Below are positions 11,545 to 22,697 of a DNA stretch of 64,000 bases, one piece after another. The DNA comes from Bdellovibrionales bacterium (lineage in GTDB: Bacteria > Pseudomonadota > Alphaproteobacteria > Micavibrionales > Micavibrionaceae), in contig JBBKVR010000029.1 in the NCBI GenBank assembly GCA_037968575.1, forward strand, positions 2,521 to 66,520, in the 5' to 3' direction. A program made the translations under genes and the position numbers. Within the stretch, counting starts at the first letter, position 1; the number at the start of each line of letters is the position of its first letter. The notes below the pieces were generated by a model that saw only the letters and a program-made list of their open reading frames with translations, did not search any database and was not told where the DNA came from.

Positions 11545-11835
11545 CTACTGTATTGTAATCTCTGTATTGGCGTAGCCAAATTCACTGAGAGAAATAATTT
11601 TCTTACTGGCCACATAAACCGAGTGTAACCGTCCATCCAATTCTTTTTTCCAAAAATCAAGAAATCCGAATAATTCTGGAAATTTTGGTGCCATATCGTA
11701 TTCTTGCCAGATATAACTTTGCAGGAACGATGGGTGATCCGGCATATGATAGAGAATTTCGGCAGTGGTTAGGCGATATTGTCCAAGAAGTTGTTTACTT
11801 AAGGATGAGTCACTTTTTTTAAAGTCCATTATCAA
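11545..11835 (-). CDS. usg: Usg family protein
   Basis: Small protein with the LTTAEILYHMPDHPSFLQSYIWQEYDMAPKFPEL...FLDFW signature of the alphaproteobacterial Usg family. Confidence 0.8.
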   Translation of the reverse strand: MIMDFKKSDSSLSKQLLGQYRLTTAEILYHMPDHPSFLQSYIWQEYDMAPKFPELFGFLDFWKKELDGRLHSVYVASKKIISLSEFGYANTEITIQ

Positions 11836-11964
11836 AGCCCTCCTAAAAAATCGAAGTCCTAAAAACGAGATTCCTCTCCCGCACTATACAATTATAACAT
11901 AATTTGCTTGTAAACTGCGAAAATGCTTGAAAATCAGCGTGGATAAAAATGAGTCTGGATTTCA

Positions 11965-11993
11965 TTGAGATATGTGCTAAATATCTGTATAGT
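11965..11993 (+). promoter_or_regulatory. candidate sigma70 promoter for ihfB (TTGAGA-N17-TATAGT)
   Basis: TTGAGA at 11965-11970, an exactly 17-nt spacer, and TATAGT at 11988-11993, about 46 nt upstream of the ihfB ATG. An 8/9 DnaA-box match (cgtggataa, 11938-11946) lies just upstream. Confidence 0.4.
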
Positions 11994-12039
11994 AAAGAAA
12001 TATACACTTAAGTGACCGTTATAAAAAACGAGAGAGACT

Positions 12040-12321
12040 ATGACAAAATCAGATCTAATCCAAAAATTGGCCGACAGAAATCCACACCTCTACTTGCGTG
12101 ATATCGAAAAAATCGTCAACACTATCTTTGATGAAATTACCGATGCTTTGGCTGAAGGTAACCGTGTTGAACTTCGTGGCTTTGGTGCCTTTTCAGTAAA
12201 ACATCGCGAATCTCGTACTGGGCGTAATCCACGCACAGGCGAGAGCGTTCAAGTTGAGGCTAAAAACATGCCTTTCTTCAAAACAGGAAAAGCATTGCGC
12301 GAGCGTCTAAACGACGAATAA
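12040..12321 (+). CDS. ihfB: integration host factor subunit beta
   Basis: [11 protein letters not shown]...[29 protein letters not shown]...[14 protein letters not shown] is the classic HU/IHF fold signature. Confidence 0.95.
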   Translation: MTKSDLIQKLADRNPHLYLRDIEKIVNTIFDEITDALAEGNRVELRGFGAFSVKHRESRTGRNPRTGESVQVEAKNMPFFKTGKALRERLNDE

Positions 12322-12347
12322 ACCGTATCTAATCGGAAAGAAATCTT

Positions 12348-12674
12348 ATGGCCTTCCTGCGCTGGTTAGTTACAGCCATTATTGCAATCCTTGTCCTTGG
12401 GTTTACGCTTAGTAATCTTGAGCGTGTTGATGTGAGTATTACACCGTTCCACGATCCATATTCTCTACCCCTCTATTTTGTCATTCTTGGTTCGGTTGCT
12501 CTTGGATTTATATGGGGTGGTATTTTGGTCTGGATGAATGCCTCACCTTCGCGCAAGGAGGCCAGACATTGCCGTAAAAAGGCTGAACGCTTAGAAAAAG
12601 AATTAGAAGAAGAACGCGAAGCGCACACACCTATACATAAAGAAATTATAGAAGCCGAAGTCACTGATGTCTGA
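12348..12674 (+). CDS. LapA-family (DUF1049) inner-membrane protein
   Basis: Two TM helices followed by a charged coiled tail, in the conserved position directly after ihfB. Confidence 0.7.
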   Translation: MAFLRWLVTAIIAILVLGFTLSNLERVDVSITPFHDPYSLPLYFVILGSVALGFIWGGILVWMNASPSRKEARHCRKKAERLEKELEEEREAHTPIHKEIIEAEVTDV

Positions 12675-13356
12675 TCCAAAAATCTTTTGTGCTGCTGATA
12701 CAACTGATATTGAGAGTGCTAAATCTCTTGCTCAAATTGTTGAAAGTGCGGGTGCAGGACTAAAGCTTGGCTTAGAATTTTTTAATTCACATGGCCCCAA
12801 AGGTGTAGCAGCTGTTCAAAACACTGCACCCAACTTACCCATTTTTCTCGATTTAAAATATTATGATATTCCCAACACGGTTAAAGGAGCGGTGAGTTCT
12901 GTTCTGGCAAATGTTCAACCGGCCTATCTAAACGTTCACGCCAGTGGTGGGCTGCCTATGATGGAAGCGGCACGCGAAGCATGTGGCAACAAAACAAAGC
13001 TTTTAGCGGTGACAATCCTGACTAGCTTTGACCAAGAAGCATTTTCACAAGCGGGTTACGCGGGTGAAATTGCCGAACGCGTTGAGGCGCAAGCCAAGCT
13101 TGCACAACAAGCAGGAATGGATGGGATAGTTTGCTCTCCATTGGAAATTGATTTGGTGAGAAAAGCATGTGGCGATGATTTTGCGCTCATGGTTCCGGGC
13201 ATTCGTCCCGCTGGCTCAGACAAAGGGGATCAAAAGCGTGTGATGACTCCTAAGCAAGCGCTTGATGCCGGTGCAACGCATTTGGTGATTGGACGTCCAA
13301 TCACAGGTGCAGAAGACCCCGCACAAGCCATTCGTGATATTCTCACTACCCTTTAA
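12667..13356 (+). CDS. pyrF: orotidine 5'-phosphate decarboxylase
   Basis: IFLDLKYYDIPNT active-site block, NVHASGG and LVIGRPIT motifs. Overlaps the previous gene by 8 nt. Confidence 0.93.
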   Translation: MSDPKIFCAADTTDIESAKSLAQIVESAGAGLKLGLEFFNSHGPKGVAAVQNTAPNLPIFLDLKYYDIPNTVKGAVSSVLANVQPAYLNVHASGGLPMMEAAREACGNKTKLLAVTILTSFDQEAFSQAGYAGEIAERVEAQAKLAQQAGMDGIVCSPLEIDLVRKACGDDFALMVPGIRPAGSDKGDQKRVMTPKQALDAGATHLVIGRPITGAEDPAQAIRDILTTL

Positions 13357-13362
13357 AGAAAA

Positions 13363-15816
<2,454 letters not shown>

Positions 15817-15931
15817 TTAAGTTATTCAAATCAATAGATTTTTTTGAGTTTTTAAAACAAGCCTTTTTATAGCATATATGAAGGGTCAAACCTAGGAAAA
15901 ACCCTTATTATCTTTGGGTTTTCCCCTGTTT

Positions 15932-17062
15932 CTAAGCCTTTGATATGGAGCCGTTTTTAACCTCGTAAAAGTCAGCTTTTTTATTAAGCGAATTAAAGAG
16001 AGATTTTTCGGTGCCTGTGAGCCAAACTTGTCCGCCAAGCTTCTCCAAAAGGGTATAGAGTGAATCACGTCTGCTTTCATCTAGGTGCGCGGCAACTTCA
16101 TCCAACAAAAGTAATGGAGGGGCACCTCTTTCCTGTGCAACAAGCCAGCAATGGGCAAGAATAAGGCCAATAAGGAGAGCTTTTTGCTCTCCAGTAGAGC
16201 ATTGACTGGCAGCCATGTTCTTTTCTTTATAAGTGACATCCAAATCGGTTCTGTGTGGGCCAACGCTGGCACCGCCCGATACAGCATCAAGGGAGCGTGC
16301 TTTTTTTAACATGCTTTTGAAATTGTTTTCGATGGAAAGAGCAGGTTCTTTGTTGAGTTGGTTTTCTATTAAACCAAGAAGGTCAATCTCTGCTTGTGGG
16401 AATATGTGTTCAGTATCAAGCGTGTTCTTCTCAATCGCGTATTTTAGGCGGTCCATATAATCGAGTCGTGATGCAGCAATCGCTATACCTGTTTCTGCCA
16501 TTTGACTCTCTAACCCATCCAGCCAAGCAGGATCTGCGGCTTCTTGTTTGTCTTTGAGTAAACGGCTTCGTTGGTACATCGCGTTTTCGTATCGTCTTAC
16601 GCGCCCCGCATGGGCTGGGTCATGGGTAAGGATAAGCCGATCAAGAAAACGTCTACGTTCACCTATGCCTTCTCTAAATAGTCCGTCCATTTGGGGTGTA
16701 AGCCAAAGAGCTGCTAGATAATCGGAAAGAGCGGTTTGAGCTTTGGCAGGTTCACCCTGAATATTGATTTTGCGTTTTTCGGTTTGAACATCAAAAGCTG
16801 TCCCAATAGCAATTTCACCGTACTCGGTTTGAGCTTTGGTAAATACCGTCCATGGAGTTTCAGAGTCTTGTCTTTGAATATCACTTAACTTGGCATTACG
16901 TATCCCACGCCCAGGCGTGAGAAGGGATATGGCCTCCAAAATATTTGTTTTACCAGCACCATTTGGTCCTGTGAGAACGACGAAGCCAGAGTTTAAAGAT
17001 TCGAGGGATGTTGCTTCATAGTTTCTGAAATCAGAGAGGCGTAAATCAAGAAGATAGGACAT
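15932..17062 (-). CDS. recF: DNA replication and repair protein RecF
   Basis: Walker A GPNGAGKTN, signature region SxGEQK (STGEQKALLIGL) and Walker B LLLLDEV. Confidence 0.95.
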   Translation of the reverse strand: MSYLLDLRLSDFRNYEATSLESLNSGFVVLTGPNGAGKTNILEAISLLTPGRGIRNAKLSDIQRQDSETPWTVFTKAQTEYGEIAIGTAFDVQTEKRKINIQGEPAKAQTALSDYLAALWLTPQMDGLFREGIGERRRFLDRLILTHDPAHAGRVRRYENAMYQRSRLLKDKQEAADPAWLDGLESQMAETGIAIAASRLDYMDRLKYAIEKNTLDTEHIFPQAEIDLLGLIENQLNKEPALSIENNFKSMLKKARSLDAVSGGASVGPHRTDLDVTYKEKNMAASQCSTGEQKALLIGLILAHCWLVAQERGAPPLLLLDEVAAHLDESRRDSLYTLLEKLGGQVWLTGTEKSLFNSLNKKADFYEVKNGSISKA

Positions 17063-17116
17063 GGAAAATCCTGTTAGAAAAAGACTCTGCTATGAAATTC
17101 GGTGTGCTGATGTTTT

Positions 17117-18235
17117 TTAAACGCGTAATGGCATCAAAACAAAAAGCGCAGACGGGTCGCTGGAATCTTGAATAATTGTAGGTGATGCGGAGTCGGCCAA
17201 AATAATACGGCAGCCGTTACTATCAATAAGCTGCGTGATATCCAGCAGATAACGTGCATTGAAACCAATCTCCATATCGGGGGCATCAGATTTAACCTCA
17301 ATATCTTCTGTTGCACTACCTGATTCGGGGGAGTTTGCTGATAAAGTTACAGTCTTACCTTTAAGTGTAACTTTAATGGCACGTGATTTTCCGTCAGAGA
17401 TAGTAGATACACGGTCAATTGCTCTGGATAGTAGTTGAGCGTCAACATCAACAATCTTATCGTTGTTAGCAGGAATAACACGCTGGTAATCAGGAAATGT
17501 TCCATCAATCAATTTGGTTGTGAGAACAACATGGTCGAAGGAGAAACGAATTTTGTTCTCTGACAAGCTAATGCGGATATCATCTGCGGCTTCTTCAATT
17601 AGTTTTCTAAGCTCACCAACGGCTTTGCGCGGGATAATAACCGCAGGCATTGTTTTTGCACCTTCAGGTAGAGGCATGTCAAAACGCGCCAAGCGGTGTC
17701 CATCTGTGGCAACGGCGCGAAGAACTTCAATACCTTCATGCTCTGTAGCGTGCAAATAAATACCGTTCAGGTAGTAGCGCGTTTCTTCTGTAGACATTGC
17801 AAATTTTGTACGGTCGATAAGTGTACGCAAGTCAGCAGCTGGAATTGAGAAACTTGTTTCCAAATCATCGGCACCAATTTGCGGAAAGTCAGCAACAGGT
17901 AGACAAGATAGTTTAAAGTGCGCGCTACCTGCTTTTACAGTCATAACATTTCCTGCAGCATCAACTTCAAGCTCTACGGTGCTACCATCAGAAAGTTTAC
18001 GAACAATATCATGTAATGTTTGCGCAGGAGCGGTTGTTGAACCAGCAGCTGTAACATCAGCCGCTACAGATTCATTGATTTCCAAATCCATATCAGTTGT
18101 TTTTAGACCTAAAATACCATCTTCGGCGGTCAGTAGGACATTTGCCAGAATAGGAATGGTATTTCTCCTCTCAACAACGCTGTGAACGTGGTTTAGAGAG
18201 CGGAGAAGCGCAGCGCGATCAATGGACAGTTTCAT
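17117..18235 (-). CDS. dnaN: DNA polymerase III beta sliding clamp
   Basis: 372 aa starting MKLSIDRAALLRSLNHVHSVVERRNTIPILANVLL and ending ...LMPLRV. Canonical position after dnaA. Confidence 0.97.
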   Translation of the reverse strand: MKLSIDRAALLRSLNHVHSVVERRNTIPILANVLLTAEDGILGLKTTDMDLEINESVAADVTAAGSTTAPAQTLHDIVRKLSDGSTVELEVDAAGNVMTVKAGSAHFKLSCLPVADFPQIGADDLETSFSIPAADLRTLIDRTKFAMSTEETRYYLNGIYLHATEHEGIEVLRAVATDGHRLARFDMPLPEGAKTMPAVIIPRKAVGELRKLIEEAADDIRISLSENKIRFSFDHVVLTTKLIDGTFPDYQRVIPANNDKIVDVDAQLLSRAIDRVSTISDGKSRAIKVTLKGKTVTLSANSPESGSATEDIEVKSDAPDMEIGFNARYLLDITQLIDSNGCRIILADSASPTIIQDSSDPSALFVLMPLRV

Positions 18236-18301
18236 GGACTTAATATTCCTTCATTCTTCAGCAATAAATTCGAGTGGCTAAACTATAGCACAGCATGCAA
18301 A

Positions 18302-18330
18302 AGAGCCAAGTAGTTTCCCACATTGGCTCT
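18302..18330 (-). terminator. terminator-like hairpin between dnaA and dnaN
   Basis: On the minus strand, AGAGCCAA-(13-nt loop)-TTGGCTCT forms a perfect 8-bp stem followed by TTTTG. It lies 53 nt after the dnaA stop and about 65 nt before the dnaN ATG. Confidence 0.4.
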
Positions 18331-18382
18331 TAATGTTTCCCCAAGCATTTCATAAGAAATTTATAGGTTATTTTAGTGGCTA

Positions 18383-19819
18383 TCAGCCTGTTAGGGCGCG
18401 ACGTAGAACATCACAGTCTTGTGCGATTGCCGGATCCTCTTCCATCAACTCTTCAATCTTACGTACGGCATGCATCACAGTTGTGTGGTCACGACCACCA
18501 AACTTACGACCAATCTCTGGAAGTGAGCGTGCAGTAAGTTGTTTTGAGAGATACATCGCGACTTGTCTTGGGCGCGCAACATTTCTTGAGCGACGCGCAG
18601 AGTGCATGTCAGTCAATTTCAGGTTGTAATGCTCAGACACACGTCTTTGAATTTCATCAATTGTAATGCGACGGTCGTGTGAGCGCAGAAGGTCTTGAAG
18701 AACATTTTGTGTTGTCTCTAGCGTTACTGGCTCACGTGTTACATCAGCGTGGGCTGCGATACGGTTTAGCGCACCCTCAAGCTCACGAATATTTGACGTG
18801 ACCTTCAATGCCAAGAATTCAAGAACAGCTTCAGGAACATCAATACCCAACATATCACGCTTGGCTTTTAGAACACCGAGACGCAACTCATATGTGCTTG
18901 GTTGAATGTCTGCAACGAGACCCCATGACAGACGAGAACGAAGACGTTCATCAATGCCCTGTAAGTCAGATGGTGCGCGATCAGCTGTGATGATGATTTG
19001 TTTGTTCAAATCAATCAATGCATTGAATGTGTGAAAGAATTCTTCCTGTGTTGATTCTTTACCGCTGATGAACTGAACGTCATCAATCATAAGCACATCA
19101 ACAGAACGGAAAAGCTCTTTAAAGGAAACAGTATCTTGAGCACGGATGGCTTTCACAAACTGGAACATGAATTTCTCAGCTGACATATACATCACTGTTT
19201 TTTGTGGGTGTTTCTCACGGAGTTCCCACGCAATAGCATGCATCAAGTGTGTTTTACCAAGACCAACACCCCCATATATGAAGAGAGGATTGAATGGCAT
19301 TGATTCTGATTCAACCAAACGGAGAGCAGCTGCATGTGCTAAAGCATTTGATTGACCAATGACAAAATTTTCAAAACGGAAACGTTGATCTAGTGGAGAA
19401 GAAACTTCAACCTCTTGAGCCATCGCGTTGGCGTTTGCTTTGACTTGTTCAGGGATATTCTCAGCTTCTGCTTCTGACATTTCCTCAGAGATAGCATTTT
19501 GAACGACAACAACTTCAAGACGCTTAATGTCCTCGTTTTTCTCTGTGCACATCTCTAGAATATGTGGCGCATAATTTGTTTGGATCCAGTCTTTCATGAA
19601 ACGGGTAGGGACTGAGACTTCAAGTGTGTTGTGATAGTAAGCCTGCAGCGTCATGGATTTCAACCAGCTACGATATACAGCTTCACCAAATTCTTTACGG
19701 AAACTCTTATATACAGAAGTCCATAACTTCTTAATATCAGCACTGGGTTCAAAAGATTCTGGTGTTGGCGCACTGTCTACGACCGTTAAATAGGCCTTCT
19801 TATTCTTATTATTGGTCAT
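18383..19819 (-). CDS. dnaA: chromosomal replication initiator protein DnaA
   Basis: AAA+ Walker A GGVGLGKTHL, Walker B LMIDDVQF and the C-terminal DNA-binding helix-turn-helix ...GGRDHTTVMHA. Confidence 0.98.
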   Translation of the reverse strand: MTNNKNKKAYLTVVDSAPTPESFEPSADIKKLWTSVYKSFRKEFGEAVYRSWLKSMTLQAYYHNTLEVSVPTRFMKDWIQTNYAPHILEMCTEKNEDIKRLEVVVVQNAISEEMSEAEAENIPEQVKANANAMAQEVEVSSPLDQRFRFENFVIGQSNALAHAAALRLVESESMPFNPLFIYGGVGLGKTHLMHAIAWELREKHPQKTVMYMSAEKFMFQFVKAIRAQDTVSFKELFRSVDVLMIDDVQFISGKESTQEEFFHTFNALIDLNKQIIITADRAPSDLQGIDERLRSRLSWGLVADIQPSTYELRLGVLKAKRDMLGIDVPEAVLEFLALKVTSNIRELEGALNRIAAHADVTREPVTLETTQNVLQDLLRSHDRRITIDEIQRRVSEHYNLKLTDMHSARRSRNVARPRQVAMYLSKQLTARSLPEIGRKFGGRDHTTVMHAVRKIEELMEEDPAIAQDCDVLRRALTG

Positions 19820-20210
19820 TCTACTCTCTACTCCACTTACACATATGTTTTAAGTTAAATAATAGCACCAACAATCCAACACCCAGTATTAACGTGGATT
19901 AACGGTAACTCCCTCATGTGTCGAGACAATAAAAACCTGTCATACAAAATCACATTTGTACGATAAACATATCTTTTAATCTGTTATGTTTGCGGCGCAA
20001 GTTAAAAACTTGATTTAGCCTCGACGGAAAGAAAAAGCAAAAACACTTTTATTTCTGTGTCTGAATTCTTTCCTTATCACCACCATTTTGAAAAAGTTCC
20101 AATGCCAGGGCGATTTATCCAAGGTAGAGAAAAAAAATGAGAGATGCAACAGGACAAATCAAGAACATTGAAAAAAGAAATATTAGTTCAAGAAAATTTT
20201 TTCTCAACCG
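19820..20210. promoter_or_regulatory. AT-rich dnaA upstream region with several imperfect DnaA-box-like 9-mers (dnaA promoter/autoregulation; an oriC role is unproven)
   Basis: No credible ORF. There are 7/9 matches to TTATCCACA or its complement at 19893-19901 (cgtggatta), 20074-20082 (ttatcacca) and 20115-20123 (ttatccaag), with long A/T runs at 20128-20200. Confidence 0.4.
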
Positions 20211-20235
20211 TTAAAACCCCGCAAATATTGCGAGG
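20211..20235 (-). terminator. rho-independent terminator of rpsT
   Basis: Minus strand CCTCGCAA-tat-TTGCGGGG forms an 8-bp stem including one G-U pair, followed by TTTTA. It lies 62 nt downstream of the rpsT stop. Confidence 0.65.
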
Positions 20236-20269
20236 TGGAAACTTTTAACTGTTGGGGTGGAAACTTTTA
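20234..20269. repeat. exact 14-nt direct repeat GGTGGAAACTTTTA x2, 22-nt period
   Basis: Copies at 20234-20247 and 20256-20269, read directly from the sequence. They lie between the rpsT stop codon and its terminator. Confidence 0.9.
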
Positions 20270-20296
20270 TGGGCTTCCGAGGGCTATCTCAGAAGG

Positions 20297-20563
20297 CTAC
20301 TTCAGAGATTTAATCTGAGTAGATAGTCGTGACAGTTTACGTGAAACTGTCTTTTTATTAAGTATGCCTTTGCTTACGCCACGCATCATTTCGGGCTTAG
20401 CATTTTTATAAGCTTCTTCTGCTGCTTTCACATCAGAATCTTGAATAGCAGACTCAACCTTCTTCACGAAAGTACGGATACGTGTTCTACGCATACCATT
20501 AACTTGTGCACGCTTGTTATTGCGACGAATTCTCTTTTTTGCTGAGGCACTGTTTGCCATCAA
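20297..20563 (-). CDS. rpsT: 30S ribosomal protein S20
   Basis: MANSASAKKRIRRNNKRAQVN... is a basic S20 signature of about 87 aa. The start is either of two adjacent ATGs (20563 or 20560). Confidence 0.95.
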   Translation of the reverse strand: MMANSASAKKRIRRNNKRAQVNGMRRTRIRTFVKKVESAIQDSDVKAAEEAYKNAKPEMMRGVSKGILNKKTVSRKLSRLSTQIKSLK

Positions 20564-20622
20564 TCTCTCCTATTATTTATATGTGAATCTATAAAAGTTC
20601 TATTCACTTCCAAAACCGTGTT

Positions 20623-20669
20623 GTTTTACGTGGTCTGAAGTACTTTTGTCAAGATATCTTTGTGGATAA
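20623..20669 (-). promoter_or_regulatory. candidate rpsT promoter (TTGACA-N18-TAAAAC) with a perfect DnaA box abutting the -35
   Basis: The minus strand reads TTATCCACA (20661-20669, 9/9 to the consensus DnaA box), then 8 nt, then TTGACA (20647-20652), an 18-nt spacer and TAAAAC (20623-20628). The -10 is weak. Confidence 0.45.
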
Positions 20670-20671
20670 AA

Positions 20672-21064
20672 CTACTTTTTTTCAAGTGGGCTGAGCAGCA
20701 CCTTGAGAGTCGTTCCTCGTGGCTCGATACTTTCGCTCTCAAGAGGGAGCAAAACTAGCTTTTCTTGTTCGCGAACAAATGTGTATTTGCCCGAAGGAGT
20801 CCAGCCTAATTGAGGTAGAGTTTGGGCATAGAAATTAAGTAGAGAAGTGCTGTCAGTTGTTTCTGCATATAGCGTGGTTTGAGCAATGCGTCCCTCAGGT
20901 TTATCAAATAAAACTGCCGACTCGTTGATTTCTCTGGCGCCATCCATAATTGGTACTGTTGGCAGGACACTTAGATAAGCTTGAGGTGTTTCTGCAAATG
21001 TGGAATGTGCAAAAAATATCAAAGGAACAGCAAGTATCAAACAAAATCGCTTCATGAATTCCAA
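20672..21064 (-). CDS. secreted hypothetical protein, 130 aa
   Basis: Signal peptide MKRFCLILAVPLIFFAHSTFA and no recognised motif. Its start abuts the mutM stop (21064/21065), suggesting co-transcription. Confidence 0.55.
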   Translation of the reverse strand: MEFMKRFCLILAVPLIFFAHSTFAETPQAYLSVLPTVPIMDGAREINESAVLFDKPEGRIAQTTLYAETTDSTSLLNFYAQTLPQLGWTPSGKYTFVREQEKLVLLPLESESIEPRGTTLKVLLSPLEKK

Positions 21065-21910
21065 TTACTTTTGTTTAGTGGCGCAATAAAAAGTTGAACG
21101 ACCTGCTTGCTTAACTCTTTTCACACCACCAGTCTTACTAATATTGCATGTACATCCAGAACAGGGAAGCCCCTGCTTATCGTAGACAGAAAATGTGTGT
21201 TGAAAATAACCCAACTTACCATCGACTTGGATGTGATCACGCAGCGAACTACCGCCACTTTCTATTGCTTTGTTTAGTGTGTTCTTGATTTCACGTGTAA
21301 GAATCTCGCATTCCGTCAAACTCAGTGATGAAGCCAGACGTAAAGGTGAAATACTAGAAGAGAATAAAGCCTCACAAACATAAATATTACCCAAACCTGC
21401 AACAACAGTCTGATCTAAGAGAGCTGTTTTTATTGGTGCTTTCTTGTTTTTAAGGGCTTCACGGAGAATTGAAGCATTAAATGGATTTCCCAAAGGTTCA
21501 GGCCCCATATTGGCAAAAGCCTTATGTGTTTCGACACTTTCACTATCGCAGATAAAGAGCATTCCAAAACGTCTTGGGTCGTGAAATACGATTCGTCCAC
21601 CTGATTGGAATTCATAGATAATGTGGTCGTGTTTTTTATTTATTGCTTTCTCGGGTTCTTTTTCAATACGGAAAGAGCCACTCATACCGAGATGGTGAAT
21701 AAGTGTCATATTGTTTGAGAGAGATAGAAGAAGATATTTACCACGTCTGTCTGTTCCAATGATTTGTGTGTTTTTAACGTGTGCGTTGACGTCATTGGGT
21801 GGTGCAGCTCGCAGAGGCTTATCGCTCAAACGTAATGCATTAATAGTTTGACCTTCTATATAAGGGGCAAGTCCGCGCTTAACTGTTTCGACTTCGGGTA
21901 ATTCAGGCAT
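21065..21910 (-). CDS. mutM: formamidopyrimidine-DNA glycosylase
   Basis: N-terminal MPELPEVETV catalytic motif, H2TH region and the C-terminal zinc finger CxxC...CxxC (CSGCTC...FYCATKQ). Confidence 0.95.
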   Translation of the reverse strand: MPELPEVETVKRGLAPYIEGQTINALRLSDKPLRAAPPNDVNAHVKNTQIIGTDRRGKYLLLSLSNNMTLIHHLGMSGSFRIEKEPEKAINKKHDHIIYEFQSGGRIVFHDPRRFGMLFICDSESVETHKAFANMGPEPLGNPFNASILREALKNKKAPIKTALLDQTVVAGLGNIYVCEALFSSSISPLRLASSLSLTECEILTREIKNTLNKAIESGGSSLRDHIQVDGKLGYFQHTFSVYDKQGLPCSGCTCNISKTGGVKRVKQAGRSTFYCATKQK

Positions 21911-21930
21911 GTGTTTTATTTAGACTAGTT

Positions 21931-22560
21931 TTAACGTCTACCAACCTTTTCGAAAGTCACTTCACCCTCTGTATTGGCAAAGTCACCAAACAGAGCTTCA
22001 AAGTTTTCTTGTGCCTTTAAGGTTTCTGAAAGTGAGAGAATCAGATTGTTTCCTTGTTTTGTCCAAATAAAGCCTGTTTCTAGGACATCTAAATTACGGA
22101 ACTTATAATAAGGAGCGGGCTTACGTAGAGGCATCGGCGAATTTCGTCTCTCAGATAAGACAAAAGCTTTGCCACTTTTAGTAGGTGTGGAGCTGTAGCG
22201 CCCATGCGCCACTAAAATATAGAATGGTGTTTCCTTGTCATTGACCCGCAGAATGAAATTTCCCTTTGGGTCAAACTCAAGAATCATGCGTGTGGTGTTT
22301 TTTTCCGAGACCCAGGAACCCAGTAAGGATTTTCTTAAGTTAAGTTGTTCATCCTTGGAGCTGGATTTAATACCAGCAACATAGTTGGGGAAGTCAACAT
22401 CAACTGTAGATACATTTTTTCCAACTTGGTCAGTGATAAGCTTTGTTGCGCCCGCAAAAACTAAACCTGAGATAAGAGCCACAAAAAGTATCACCCAGAA
22501 AATTGTCGGGATGGAAGAAATAAAATTCTGACCAGTAAATTTGGGAAGTCGCATTGTCAT
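21931..22560 (-). CDS. membrane-anchored hypothetical protein, 209 aa
   Basis: A single N-terminal TM (IPTIFWVILFVALISGLVFAGA) followed by a soluble, beta-rich-looking domain. No family recognised. Confidence 0.55.
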   Translation of the reverse strand: MTMRLPKFTGQNFISSIPTIFWVILFVALISGLVFAGATKLITDQVGKNVSTVDVDFPNYVAGIKSSSKDEQLNLRKSLLGSWVSEKNTTRMILEFDPKGNFILRVNDKETPFYILVAHGRYSSTPTKSGKAFVLSERRNSPMPLRKPAPYYKFRNLDVLETGFIWTKQGNNLILSLSETLKAQENFEALFGDFANTEGEVTFEKVGRR

Positions 22561-22618
22561 GATTTTTCTATCTTAGGAAAAAGAAGAGGCTTTGAATAGT
22601 AACAATAAAAAGTGTCCC

Positions 22619-22697
22619 AAAAGAAAAACCACCGGCTCAAGATGTCCGGTGGCTTTAAGTTTAATGTGGGGAAATTCTGCATAGAGCAGAATTCACT
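22619..22697 (-). ncRNA. candidate small RNA (about 78 nt) with its own promoter, an internal 8-bp hairpin and an intrinsic terminator
   Basis: Minus strand has TTGACA (22725-22730), an exactly 17-nt spacer and TAAATA (22702-22707). Next come hairpin AATTCTGC-tctat-GCAGAATT (22673-22693), the single-stranded CCCACATTAAACTTAAA, and terminator CCACCGG-(10-nt loop)-CCGGTGG (22629-22652) followed by TTTTTCTTTT. Confidence 0.5.

Noticed and set aside
19889-19903. CtrA-box-like TTAA-N-TTAAC upstream of dnaA
   Set aside because: The spacing is N6 (TTAAcgtggaTTAAC) rather than the N7 required by the CtrA consensus, so it is not called.
20137-20214. 25-aa plus-strand ORF (MRDATGQIKNIEKRNISSRKFFLNR) in the dnaA upstream region
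   Set aside because: It has no convincing SD, lies in A/T-run-rich DNA where short ORFs arise by chance, and runs into the rpsT terminator on the opposite strand.
22557-22682. 41-aa minus-strand ORF starting in the loop of the sRNA-candidate hairpin and ending in an ATGA overlap with the next gene
   Set aside because: There is no SD, the start codon is sequestered in a hairpin, the product is W/F/Y-rich as expected from U-rich terminator sequence, and it reads straight through an intrinsic terminator. I kept it only as an alternative leader-peptide idea.
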